In this document: in pieces, positions 41,976-58,110 of the stretch | Layout: every line of letters starts with the position of its first letter | How positions within the stretch are numbered: position 1 is the first letter of the stretch | Origin: the human T2T-CHM13v2.0 reference genome, Homo sapiens | DNA: 64,000 bases | Direction: 5' to 3' (one strand) | Assembly (NCBI RefSeq): GCF_009914755.1 | Contig: NC_060928.1 | Notes under the pieces: model-generated | What the model was told of the DNA's origin: nothing | Database searches by the model: none | Seen by the model: the letters and a program-made list of their open reading frames with translations, nothing else | Translations under genes and position numbers: made by a program

Positions 41976-44242
41976 ATTATTTGTTTGTCAAAATAGAGTG
42001 ATTTCTCAATAAACTATTATATCACACACCGATAAATGAATTAGAAAGAAAAGTTGCTTAAAAGGATAGACATTATCTGACTTGATTTTTATAAAATAAT
42101 AAAAGGAAATTCACATTAAAAATGACATTTAAGAGTCATGTCTAAAAGTTTTTTTAAAGCATTTTTATTTGAGAATGAGAAGTTGTGACATTAAGAGAAT
42201 GTATTACAATATTGTTTACCATGGTACAGCAATTCTGCAGTCTGTTTAAAGCTTCAGCTTTTTGAAAGGAGGTCCAGTTGCTGCACTGTAATAATGGTTT
42301 GCCTTTATTTATGCACCTACCCATTGTTTTTGAAGTCAGGTAATAGCAGCAAATCAAATGGCATATTCTCATTCCGTGTCACACATCTTACCCCTTAAGC
42401 ATTAGGATAAACAGATGTGGCTTCGCCAAAGCTGTTGTCAGCAATACACTACTTCCAGTGACAATAAATTTTTCCACTAATGATATTAGGTAGTAGAATT
42501 GGTGTTTTGCACTGTCTTTTCCCACTACTCTATTTTAAGGCAATGCCTTTGTAAACAAACACTTATATAATGCAAGGTATTACATGGTGTGAAATAGGCT
42601 TGATCCATTAGTATGTTGTGAAGTTGGGGCTTAGGAAAATAAAAGAATATAATGTGATCAGTACAGCAAGGGAAAGGAACATTCTGTGCAACATAAACAA
42701 CCTGACAAAAGGCAGGATGGCTTAGTTTTATTTATAAAAGCCTTTACATGCTCCCACATTTATTAAAACATGACCCTCTTGAACTCAGTCTGAGCAATAT
42801 TAAAATGCTGACACAGAAACAATAAGGAAGAGTCTGCCAAAACATTTTGCTATCTGTGGTGATGTTTTTCATTTATTTTACCCTAGATAAAAAAGAATAA
42901 GGGAATTAGGGAACTCACTGCTTGTAATTTTAATAGCAAATAAACACCTACCTAATAATACCTCTGAGAAACTTGTTGGAAATTTATTTTTTATAAGCTC
43001 TCATGCCATGAGGGAGAAAGAGTTGGTTTTTTTTGAGAAACAGAATTTAAACCACTTTATATCTATTCTATGTAATAAAACAAGTGGAAAATGCTGTTTC
43101 TTGAGATTTGTTCTCATATAAAAATAGGAAAAACATGTACAGGAATTTTGACTTACTACAAGCCACTTCTATAGGCTTTTTAGAGGAAGCATTTAAGATT
43201 GTTTTTATAATGTTTCCTCCTCTTCCTCTTTCTTATTTTCCTTTCTCTTCTTTTTTCAAAAGAAGTTTATATTTTCAAAAGATTCGAGAAAGTATATTTG
43301 AGGACTTTAAAAAAGTCCAAATTAAATGTAAAATATCCGGTGTGTACTTTTATAAATGTTTAATGCAAATATAAATGTAAAGTTTTTAAAAGGCATTGAC
43401 AGTGCTCTGATATGGAACTGTCTTTCATTTCTGTTCCTTAGGTTAACAGCCTTCCCTGCTTTTGACTTTCAGCTAGATTATTCAAAGGCTTGGGGACATG
43501 ATCCTGTACTCACAGGACACCATACTTATTCCTATCAGAGCACCCAACAAATTGGAACTGTTGTTTTTCTATTGGTGTTTTCCTCTCAGTGACAATAAAC
43601 TTGTCTGGCTTATTGATATATTTCTAACATACAGTATAGCGTCTGCTATGGACTAAGTGCATACATGATGTTGAGTTGAATTGAATCTCATTGAGTAAAA
43701 ATGTCATTTGGGCTGAAAATGTCTTTGTTTCTATGTGCTTTTCAGCGTATGTATATCTGGGATATTTGTAAATAATTGTGCAAAACTAATATAAATGAAA
43801 TTACAGACAATTCTTTTTTTTCTTTCTATGCAAGCACATAAGATTTTATTCTAAGTTTGCAGGTCATAAAGAGATGATCAAAGCATGTTTTCTGCCCTTA
43901 AAGGAGCTATAATCTGAAGGTATAGGCAGACAAATAGCTAAAATACATGACTTATAAAATAATTATCCAGAGAAGCTGTAATGACATGATAATTAATGCA
44001 GGTGGCAGCGGGATTCGAAATAAAAGGATTTGTGTAACAGATACTATGGAAGTGGAATATATTGTATTTGCCACTTAGATCATTAACAAAAAGAGATATC
44101 AGAAGGATTAATTGGTCTTGGTAGAAATATGCCTTTGCTCTTAGAGCTGTTGATTTCAAAGTGCCAAGAAAGCATTTGAATAAAAATGAATGTCAAGCTG
44201 TTGGAACTGTGCTTAGGAACTGGAATATTAAGGTTTAGATAT

Positions 44243-45365
<1,123 letters not shown>

Positions 45366-45439
45366 AAAATTAATACAGTTATACAGGTAGTTTTAATTAT
45401 GCCCAGAGTCGATAGTCTTGGCATAAACTAAATCGCCAT

Positions 45440-46430
45440 GGAAAGCAATGCAGATGGACAACTTCTGAGAGCTGAGGACCAAACTATTAGGAATATTTTC
45501 ATTTGGGATGATGAGGAACTTAGCAGAGGTGGAGAAGAAATAGAGAGGGAGTTGTCACGTTATGTGGGATCAAAGGATTAAGCAGTTTAAAGGGGAAAAG
45601 GATTTCAGCAGCATCAAATACTACAAAGAGTTTGAAGAATGAAAAATGATATTGAATTCCATAATCAGGAGGCCATTATCTTTCTCAGAGAGCAATCTCT
45701 CTCTGATAATGTGTGCTGAAAACATTGCAAAGTTTTAGAAATGAAAAAAAAGTGAGGCAATGAGGGCAGGTTATTCAAATAAAATATTTGGTGATAGAAG
45801 GAAAATAGTATCATAGCTTAAGGAAGAGATATTTGTAAGGAATGCCAAAAAATAACATTTCCTTTAGGGTATGGGAACTCAACATGCCATGGAAGATGGG
45901 GAACTGGTCAATAAAAGGAACTGAGGCATCTATTATAAGAGAAAAATGTTGTGATCAAAGAAAATGTTTGACAAGAAATAAAATTTGATATTCAGATATG
46001 TTAGCAGATTAAACACAAAGAGGAGACACAGCAAGAAGACTTGGAGTTGGAGAGAAAGGCCAACACTTTCATATAGTTCTGTTAGGAACTGATATTGTAT
46101 AATAAAATAATAACTTTAGGAATAGGCATCAAGGCTTGAGGTGAGGATGGAGAAAGTTTGGGAAAGGCTTTTTTGGGAGGATCATGAGAGACAGATAGTA
46201 GGAAGTTGAAAGGCAACACAAAGGAAACAACCAAGGTTAGATAGCAAGCAACTACTTGCAATTAATGAAAGTAGAATTTCTGCAAACTTCTAGCAATACT
46301 ATGTAGCTTGGGAGAGACCAACGAAGACAGAAAATGCAGTTTTCTCAGAACTGTCGAATAGCAAAAAGTTTGAGATTCTAAGTTGTAGTGAATGCATTTT
46401 TAAAAGACTACTCAATTTAGTCCAAAATTG
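45440..46430 (-). mobile_element. L2 fragments, very degenerate
   Basis: Purine-rich; cagcagcatcaaatactacaaagag...aggaggccattatctttctcagagagca. Confidence 0.45.
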
Positions 46431-46466
46431 TGGTATGGAAGCATGCTGACTTCACCACTTTCCTCA

Positions 46467-46812
<346 letters not shown>

Positions 46813-46851
46813 ATACAGTGCTAAGATCATCAACAGAAATATCCTAGAGCT

Positions 46852-46984
46852 CCAGGAGGCTGAGGCAGGAAAGTTGCTTGAGCCCACGAGGTGGAGGTTC
46901 AGTGAGCCGGGATCGTGCCACTGCACTCCACAGTCCAGCCTGGGCGACAGCGTGAGACTTCATCTCAAAAAAGAAAAAGAAAAT
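46852..46984 (+). mobile_element. Alu right-arm fragment
   Basis: TSD-like aaataYcctaga on both sides. Confidence 0.87.
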
Positions 46985-49900
46985 AAATACCCTAGAAGTT
47001 AAATATGAAGATGAGACATTTTCCGGAACTTCAGAGAAGTGAAAAAAGCCCTGAGCCAATGGTAAATTAATTGGACTTCCGCATCCATAAACCCCCTCCT
47101 CTCATTCTGCCCAGCATCAAACACAGAGAAGGTTTTTTCCAACTCATTTTGTCTACAATGGAAAAAGTGAAATTGTGGTGGACAACAAGCTTCTTCATTA
47201 TCCTGGGTTCCTTGGCAGGAGGTTTGTCCCTACCTTAACTTACAGGAAGATTGTGAGTGCCTGAAGGAACAAATGTAGACAAAGGGGGAGGTGGGATTAC
47301 CATCCTCACTCCTGGCAACTCTGCTCTGTAACACTGCCAGAGGATCCGCCAAATCAAAGTTGTTATTCAGCAGCACCACACTGTAGGAGGCATAATCCAC
47401 TGCATGAACCTAGGCATGAACCACTGTCCTGTCTTCCCACATTGCCAGGGTCTTACCTTTGGGATCTTCCTGATTCAGGAAGGGTGATACTCCAATTGTT
47501 TATGAGAGCTGAGGTGAACCTGGGCTTAAGGAGCCATCAAGACCCAAAAAGTAGGCAGCAACCTTGTGGTAAAGAACCTCTAAGTAAACATACTGAGAGA
47601 AAATCAAAACAAATCAGAGAAGACTGAAATAAATAACTAATCCCTCAATGCAAAGACATAGACATAGATCCATAAGAAACAACAGCAAACAGGGAACCGT
47701 GATCTCTCTAAACAGACAAAGCAAGGAATCAGTAACTGACCCTCATGAGAGAGTGATAGGTGAGCTCTCTGACCAAGAATTCTAAATAGCAATTTTAAGA
47801 AAACTCAGTGATCTCCAAGATAACATAGAAAATCAATTTAGAAATTTATCAGATAAATTTAACAAAGACATTTAAATAATAAAAAAAAACAGAAATTGCT
47901 GAACTGAAAAATTCGTTACAGACCATCAACAGCAGAATATATCAACAAGAGGAAGGAATCAGTGTGCTTGAATATAGGATATTTAAAAATACATAGTCAA
48001 AGGAGAAAAAAGAAGAAAGAATGAAAAACAGAAAAACAACAAAGATCAGCTACCAGATATAGAAAATTAGCTCAAGAGACAAAATTTATTGATAATCAAG
48101 TGGGAATTGAGGAAGAGCAAGAAACATAAACCATATATAAAGAAATGATAACAGAAAAGTCTCCAAAACATGATACAGATATAGCTATCCAGGTACAGGA
48201 GGGTCAGAGAATACCAGATTGAGCCCAAGTAAGACCTCCTGAAGGCATATAATAATCAGACTCTCAAAGGTCAAGCACAGAGAGCAAATCCTAAAAGCAG
48301 CAAGGAAAATGAAGCAAATAACATAAAAAGGAGCTCCAATTTGTCTAGCAACAGATTTCTCAATATAAACCATACAGGCCAGGAGGGAGAGGAAAAATAT
48401 TTTCAAAGTGTTCAAAGAAAAAGAAAACTGCCACCACGAATATCGTATCCAGCAAAATTATCCTTCAAGGATGAAGGAAAGATGACCTTTCCCAGACAAA
48501 CAACACCTGAGAGAATTCACTACCATCAGACCTGTCTTGCAAGAAATGCTAAAGAGAGTTCTTCAATCTCAATGAAAGAAAAAAAAAAAAACTAATGTGA
48601 AAATAAAGAGCTTTTGAAGGTGCAAAACCTGCTGATAATATTAAGTACATAAATCGACTCATAATAATACTATAATAATAGTTTGCAATCCACTTATAAG
48701 TCTAGTATAAAGCTCAAAAGACAAATCTATCAAAAACAATAATAGCTACAGAAAATCTTAAGAGATAGGTAATATAAAATATGTAAATTGAGACAACACA
48801 AAGTCAAAATGTGGGGGAATGCAGTTAAAGTGTATAATTTTTTATTTTTTTCATTCTTTTATTTGTGATAAAGATAAGTTGTCGTTTCTATAAAAAATAA
48901 TTTGTTATGTTTGTTAGCCTCATGGTAACCACAACACAAAACCTATGCAATTCACCAAAATAAAAGGCAAGAAATTAAAACATGCTGCCAAAGAAAAATA
49001 ACCACAAAGAAAGACAGTAAGAAAGAACAAATGGAAGAGGGGAGTTAAAACAACTGGAAATGCCAACCTAAATGGCAGTAGTGAGATCTTACATATTAAT
49101 AATAACAGTGAATGTAAATGGACTCAGTCCTCCAATTAAAAGGTAAAATGTGACTAATTGGATAAAGAAACAAGACCTAACTATATTCTTTCTATAAGAA
49201 ACAGATGTCATATATAAAGATACACATAGACTGAAGGTAAAGGGATGAATAAAGATATTCTACGACACTGGAAACTGAAAAAAAAAAGCAGGAGTAGCTG
49301 CACTCATATCAGATAAAAGAGACTACAAATTAGAGACTGGGAAAGGATACAAAGAAGGTCACTATATAATGATGAAAATATGTAACAATTATAAATATCT
49401 GTGCACCCAACACCAGAGCCCTCAAGTATGTAAAGAAACTATTAATAGATCTATAGGGAGAGATAGACTGCAACACAATAATACTAAGGGACTGTAATAT
49501 CTCACTTTCAGTAATGAACATATCATCCAGACAAAAGGAGCAACAGAGAAACATCAGAGTTAAACTACAAACTGGACTTAATTGGCCTCATGGACATTTA
49601 TAGAATTCCTGCAGAATACACATTCTTTTTATCAGCACATGGAACATTCTCCAGAATAGACCATATCCTAGGCCACAAGACAAGTCTCAGCAAATTCCAA
49701 AAAGCAGAAATCATATCAAGCATCTTTTCTGACCACAATAGATTAAAACTAGAAAGCAATCACAGGAACCTTGGAAACTTCACAAACACATGGATTGTAA
49801 GCAACATGCTCCTGAATGACTGATGAGTCAATGAAGAAATTATAAAGGAGATTAAAAAATTTTGTGCTACAAATGAAAACGGAAATACAACATACCAAAA

Positions 49901-52116
49901 TCTATGGGATACAGCAAAAGCTATAGTAGGAGGGAAAGTTCTCAAAATAAACACTTGTATCAGAAAAGTAAAAAGACTTTAAATAAACAGCATGAAAATG
50001 CACCACAAGGAATTAGAATAGCAAGAACAAATCAAACTCAAAATTAGTAGAAGAAAAGAAATAATAAAAATCAGAGCAGAAATAAGTGAAATTGATACTA
50101 AAAACAATATAGAAGATCAACAAAATGAAAAGATGTCTTTTTTTGAAAAGGAAAATAAAATCAACAAACTTTTGGCTAGACTGATTAAAAATAAAAGGAG
50201 AGAAGACCCAAATAAATAATCTCAGAAGTGACAAAGGAGACATAACAACTGAGCCAACAGAGATACAAAGAATAATTTAAAACTATTATCAATAACTATA
50301 CTCCACCAAAACGGAAAATCTAGAGGAAATGGATGAATTCCTGGACACATGCACATAATAAGATTTAACTATGAAGAAATAGAATGCATCAATGAGCCAA
50401 CAATGAGTATGAAAGCTGTAATAAAAAGACTTCCATCAAAGAAGAGCCCAGGATCTGATGTCTTCACTGCTGAATCTACCAAACATTAAAAAAACTAATA
50501 CCAATTCTACTTAATGTCTTAAAAAAACTTGAAGAGATAATTATTCCAAACTCATTTTATGAGGCCAGCCTTATCATGATATCAAAACTAGACGAGGATA
50601 AAAATAGATGCAAAATTAATCAACAAAATACTAGAAAAACAAATTCAACATTACATTAAAAAAATTATGCCCTATGATCAATTGGAATTTACCCCAGGGA
50701 TGCAAGGATGGTTCAGTATATGCAAATCAATAAACATGATACATCACATCAACAGTAACAAGAACAAAAAACATATGATTATTTCAATAGCTGCTGAAAA
50801 AGCATTTGATAAATTCAACATCCCTTTATGATTTAAAAAAAACCCCTCATCAAACTGAGTGTAGAAGGAACATACATCAAGATAATAAAAGCCACATATA
50901 ACAAACCCACAGCTAACATTGTACTGAATGAGGAAAAACTGAAAGCCTTTCTTGTAGGATCTGGAGCAAGGCAAAGATGCCCACTTTTATCATTTTTATG
51001 CACCATAATGCTGAAAGTCTTGGCTGGAGCAATTAGGCAAGGGAAAGACAAGAAGGACATCCAAATTGAAAAGGAAGAAACCAATTAGGCTTGTATGCAG
51101 AAGACATAATCTTATGCTTAGAAAAACCTAAAGACTCTATCAACAAACTGTTATAACTGGATAAAGGATTTCATCAAAGTTGCAGGATACAAAATCATCA
51201 TACAAAAATCAGTAGCATTTATATATGCCAATAGTGAACAATCCGAAAGAGAAATCAAGAAAGCAATCACATTTACAACACCTACAAAGAATATAAAATA
51301 CCTTGGAATCAATTTAACCAAAGAGGTAAAATATTTATCCAAGGAAAACTACAAAACATTGATGAAAGAAATTAAAGAAGACACAAAAAAATGAAAAGAC
51401 ATTCCATGCTCATAAATTGGAAGAATTAATATTGTTAAAATGACAATACTACCCAAAGCAATTTACAGATTCAATGCAATTCCCTTAAAAATATCAGTGA
51501 CATTCTTCACAGAAATAGAAAAAAAAAAAAGTCCTAAAACGCATAGGGAACCAAAAAAGACTGAATAACCAAAGCAATCCTCAGCAACAATAACAAAGCT
51601 GGAGGCGTCACACTACTTGACTTCAAAATTCACTACGAAGCTACAGTAACCAAGCTAGCATAGCACTAGCATAAAAACAGACGCATAAACCAATGGAACA
51701 GAATAGAGGAACCAGTTGAAAATCTATGCATTTACAGTGAACTCATCTTTGATATAGCAAGTATATTTTCTGACCAGAATAGAGCAGAACCTCCTCTTTA
51801 TCATGAGAGGCAAATAAATGATGGTGGGAAAACTGGACAACTATATGCAAAAAAATGACACTAGAACCCTATCTCTCACCATATATAAAAATAAAATGAA
51901 AACGGATCAAATACTCAAATGTAATACCTGAGACTATAAAACTACTAGAAAAAAATTGGGAAAAGGCTCCAGGACATTCATATGGCTAAATAATTATTTT
52001 GTGTAAGACCTCAAAAGCACAGGCAACCAAAGCAAAAATATGCAAATGGCATCACATCAATCTACAAAGTTCCTTCACAGTAAAGGAAAAAAATCAACAT
52101 AGGGAAGAGAAAGCTT

Positions 52117-52872
<756 letters not shown>

Positions 52873-53352
52873 TTTGAATATACACTTGTCAAAAGAAGAC
52901 ATAGAAACTGCTAAGAAGTATACAGAAAATGTTAAACATCATTAATTATCAGAGAAATGCAAATTGAAACTACAATAAGATATCATCCCACCCCAGTTAA
53001 AATGGCTTTTATAAAAAAGACAGGCAATATCAGATGCTGACAAGGATGTGGAAAAAGGGGAACCCTCATACACTATTGATGGGATTGGAGATTAGTTGAG
53101 CCTCCACTATAGAGAACAGTATGGAGATTCCTCAAAAAACAAAAAAAATAGAACTACCATTTGTTCCAGAAGTCCCACTGCTTGGTATATATCCAAAAGA
53201 AAGAAAGTCATTATATTGAAGAGATATCTACACTCCCATGTTTATTGCAGCACTATTCACGATAGCCAAAACGAATCCACCAAAGTGCCCATCGACAGAT
53301 GAATGGATAAAGAAAACGTGGTACACATACACAATGGAATACTATTCAGCTA

Positions 53353-53778
<426 letters not shown>

Positions 53779-54243
53779 CTAAAAAGTGAATCTCATGAAG
53801 ATGGAGAGTAAGGTTAATTAATGGGTACAAATGTATGATTTAATAGAAGAAATAAGACCTTCTTATTTGTTTGATAGCACAGTAGGGTGACTATAGTTAA
53901 CAATAATCTATTGTATATTTTTAAATAGCTGGAGAATAATTTAAATTGTTCTAGCATGAAGAGAAGACAATTATGTAAGGTGATGGATATATCAAGTACA
54001 CTGATTTGATCATTCCCAATTATATGATTGTATTAAGCTATCACATGTACCCAAAATAATGTGCATTTATTATGCATCAATAAAAAATAAAAAGAATAAT
54101 ACACAAGAAAAATAAACTTGATTTTAAAACATATAGGAAATGATATTATTCCAAAACAAACCTACTCCATATCTTCATGTGACTAATATCCAACAAATTG
54201 TAGAGCTCTTTAAAAATAAGATTTTTACTTTACTTTACTGTGG

Positions 54244-54554
54244 TTTTTTTAGAGACAGAGTATCTTTCTCTCTTCCAGTCTGGAGTGTGGAGTTCAGTGG
54301 CTCAATGGTAGCTCACTGCAGTCTTGAACTCCTGGGCTCAAGTGGTCCTTCTGCCTCAGCCTTCCAAGCACTGGGACCACAGGCGCAGGTTACCACACCC
54401 AGATAATTAAATTTTTTGTTGTTGTTATTTAGGAGCTGGGGGGCCTCCCTTTGTTGCCCAGGCTTGTCTCCAACTCCTGGCTTTAAGCAATCCTCCTGCC
54501 TCAGCCTCCCAAAGTGTTGATTGAGATTACAAGCATGAGCCACCATGCCTTGCC
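54244..54554 (-). mobile_element. AluJ
   Basis: gctcactgcagtcttgaactcctgggctcaagt. Confidence 0.9.
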
Positions 54555-55035
54555 AAAAGTGTTTTTAAATAACTAAAATGTTTTCTAGAGAAATGTACAC
54601 TTCAGCCTTTACTGATATATACATCAGTAAGAAATGTTTACATAGAGCAGTAAATTCATTACATAGCCTTACATGCAAAAGTTGAAAATAATTAGAATAT
54701 TCTATATGTACTGCTCACATGGAAAGATCTTTAAACATAATGTTATTAGAAAACAACAAATTATAGAACCATAAGTGGGTTTTTCTCTCATTCTTTAACC
54801 AAGGTAAATAAATATGTATTCAGATGAAAAAAAGGCATTTGGATCTTAAATATTAAAATAAAAGCTTCAGTGACAGAAGCTCTGTCATTCCCAAATGTGT
54901 GGCTTCTTTCCTTTCGCCTCAACTTCTTTGCATCTCTTCACCTCTTTCCCTAGAAAGTTACGGTTTTGCTAGGCAAAACCGTAACTTGATCAAACCTAAC
55001 TTTCTGCTGACATTATACTTGGACTCAAATAGCTG

Positions 55036-55112
55036 TGGTTGGTATAAAAGTAATTGCAGGCTCTTCCATTGAAAGTAATGGCAAAACCGCTATTACTTTT
55101 GCACCAACCTTA
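55036..55112. mobile_element. MADE1 (Hsmar1-derived MITE)
   Basis: ggttggtataaaagtaattgc...ggcaaaaccgctattacttttgcaccaacct, ~80-bp palindrome. Confidence 0.9.
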
Positions 55113-55844
55113 TAAATATTACTGGAGAAAGTTTCACAATGATGCAAATATTTTCATGTAATTTAAATGTGCCAAAGAACTTCAACATTGTCAGACAATT
55201 TGCTACATTTTCTGACAATTTTTTTTGCTTATTCTCCAAGTTAACCATTTTATGATATTTTCTTTTCAAACTACAAAATACCTGTCTCATCTTCTTAAAT
55301 TCAGGTATCATATTCTGTATCAATTTAAGAGAGAAGATATATACAATTAGGAGATAATTACTTTATCATCCCCTGTTGAACCCCTATCATCTTCCTAACT
55401 TCATCGTACTACAGCTAATACAGATAATAGATAATGCAAAGTTGTTTTTCACTGAAAGAAACAAAATCTCTGCATTAAACTGGCTTAAACAGTAAGAAAG
55501 TTAAGTAAGAAGTAAGAAGTAAAGAAATTATTTATTCTCATAATTGGAGTCATGTAGTTGGAGAACACATTATTCAGTACTCAGCTGCAGATTAAATTAA
55601 AGAAACAACAATAATGCTCAGGCTAGTGTAAAAATAAAGGGATTTAATACAAGAAATTGAATTCTCAGAAAATATTAAAAGGCCTGGTGACAGAAACTGT
55701 AGGTTGAGTTTCCAACAATATCTCCCTGACCACATAACTAGTCTTCCAGGGATGCTGCTACCTCTGCTGCCGTCTGAAAGTGGAGACTCAGAATACTTGT
55801 CTATCCAATAGCGTTCCAGAACAATATCATTTCTATTGTTCCCC

Positions 55845-56215
55845 ACTGTTCCCTAGGGCTGCCTTAACAAATTATCACAAACTGGGTGGCTTAAAACAAT
55901 AGGAATTTATTCTTTCATAATTTAGCAAATGAAAATCTGGAGTCAAGGTGTCAGCAGGGTTGGTTCCTTCTGGAGGCTCTGAGGAGGCTCTGAGGGGCCC
56001 AGAGAAGGCTGGTCCATGCCTCTCTCCTACTTTCTAGTGGTATCCAGCAAGCCTTTCTGTTCCTTGGCTTGCAGACATATCACTCCAGTCTCTGCCGCCA
56101 TCTTCACATTGCCTTCTCCACTGTGTTTCTCTCTGTCCTTTTTTGTTTCTTTGTAAGGATACTCTTACATATTATGAGGGTTTGTGTGGATGTGAATTTT
56201 GGGAGGACACTGTAA
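55845..56215 (-). mobile_element. MLT1B/C LTR
   Basis: cacaaactgggtggcttaaaacaataggaatttattct...caaggtgtcagcagggttggttccttctggaggctctgagg. Confidence 0.82.
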
Positions 56216-56321
56216 GACTATTTTATGTCTTATTTCTTTCCTCTGAACATCCATGTAGTTAGAAACCCAGTATTAGGCTTTCAGTTAGTGCTGCCACAGA
56301 ATCTAAAAGCTCACTGAAGTT

Positions 56322-56798
56322 ATTAGTTTACATAATAATGCTGTGTTACAAACTACCCCAAAATTCAGTGGATTAAAACAACCATTTATTATTGCTCAAG
56401 GGTCTATGGGTGGGCTGGGCAGAACTACTGATCTGGATTGATCTTGGTTGGACACTGATGTCTGGGTCTGTTGGGAGCTGTTTCATCTGGGATGGCCCTC
56501 TGGGATGACTACCTCTCACCATCAGTCTTATGTCCAGCAGGCTAGTCCAGATGTATTATCATGGTGATCACAAAGATTCAAAAGACAGGGCAAAAGCAAG
56601 TAATGCCTCTGAAGCATAGCTTTAGAATGGGCACTCATCCTTTCTGCAGCATTTTATTGACCAAAGAAAGCCACAAGACAAGTACAGATTCAAGGGATGG
56701 ATAAACAAACTCCAAACTTGATGCGGGGGGGAATTCATTAGAGACACTGGAGGGGTTATAGGGAAAGGTGAAGAATGGGGACCATTTTGCAATCAGCC
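56322..56798 (-). mobile_element. MLT1G/H-like LTR
   Basis: acaaactaccccaaaattcagtggattaaaacaaccatttattattgctca...ttttattgaccaaagaaagccaca. Confidence 0.7.
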
Positions 56799-57866
56799 TG
56801 TATTAGTCCATTTTCACACTGCTATAAAGATACTACCCAATAAACATACGTGTGCATGTGTCTTTATAGAAGAATAATTTATAATTCTCTGGGTATACAC
56901 CAGTAATGGGATTGCTGGGTCAAATGGTATTTCTGGTTCTAGATCTTTGAGGAATCGCCACACTGTCTTCAGCGGTTTAACTAATTTACACTCCCACCAA
57001 CAGTGTAAAAATGTTCCTATTTCTCCACAGCCTCATCAGCATTTGTTGTTTCCTGACTTTTTAGTAATCACCATCATGACTGGCATGAGATGGTATCTCA
57101 TTGTGGATTTGCATTTCTCTAATGACCAGTGATGATGATCTTTTTTGCATGTGTTTCTTGGCCAGGTAAATGTCTTCTTTTGAGTGGCAGCCATAAGAAG
57201 CTATCATTCTCAGCAAACTAACACAGGAACAGAAAACCAAACACCACATGTTCTCACTCATAAGTGGGAGTTGAACGATGAAAACACATGGACACAGAGA
57301 GGAGAACATCACACATTGTGGCCTGCTAAGGGTAGGGGGCAAGGGGAGGGAGATCCTTAGGATAAATACCTAATGCATGCGGGGCTTAAAACTTAGATGG
57401 GTTGATAGGTGTAGCAAACCACCATGGCACATTTATACCTATGTAACAAACCTGAACGTTCTGCACATGTATCCTAGAGCTTAAAGTAAAATTTTAAAAA
57501 AAGAAGAAGAAGAAGATATTACCCAAGACTGGGTAATTTATAAAGGAAAGAGGTTTGATTGACTTACAGTTCCACATGGCTGGAGAGGCCTCAGGAAACT
57601 TACAATCATGGTGGAACGTGAACGGGAAGCACAGATCACACGATGGCAGGAGAGAGAAGAATGAAAGAGGAACGTCCAAACACTTATAAAGCCATCAGAT
57701 CTCATGAGAACTCACTCACTATCATGAGAACAGCAAAGGGGAAACTGCCCACATGATCCAATCACCTCATTGTCTCGAGTTGTGGGATTACAGTTTCCTC
57801 CCTAGACCCACGGGGATTACAATTCAAGATGAGATTTGGGTGGGGTCACAGAGCCAAACTATATCA
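56799..57866 (-). mobile_element. MSTA/THE1D-like solo LTR interrupted by L1
   Basis: tgtattagtccattttc...(L1)...gactgggtaatttataaagg...gagccaaactatatca. Confidence 0.9.
56841..57512 (+). mobile_element. L1PA (PA7-8-like) with 5' inversion
   Basis: Antisense part 56841-57184, sense 3' end 57185-57512; TSD aagataYtacccaa at 56827-56840 and 57513-57526. Confidence 0.93.
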
Positions 57867-58025
57867 CAACATCCAGCTTTTTAGAGAAAAACAGCAGAAA
57901 TTATTGAAAATCCAGATTCCACCTAATTTATAAATTTTTAATTTGTAAATAAATGTATTAACTTCATAAATTCAATCCCATATGGAATCCATGTTTAAAG
58001 AAAATATGAAAACCACACACAGAGA

Positions 58026-58110
58026 TCTATCTGTCTACCTATCATCTATCTATCATCTGTCTTCGTCTCTCTATCCATCTACTATCTATCTATCTTTCAT
58101 CTATCTATCT
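58026..58110. repeat. (TATC)n degenerate tetranucleotide repeat
   Basis: Visible in sequence. Confidence 0.9.

Noticed and set aside
49590-49823. ORF with endonuclease-like motifs
   Set aside because: Fragment of dead L1 ORF2, surrounded by stops and frameshifts.
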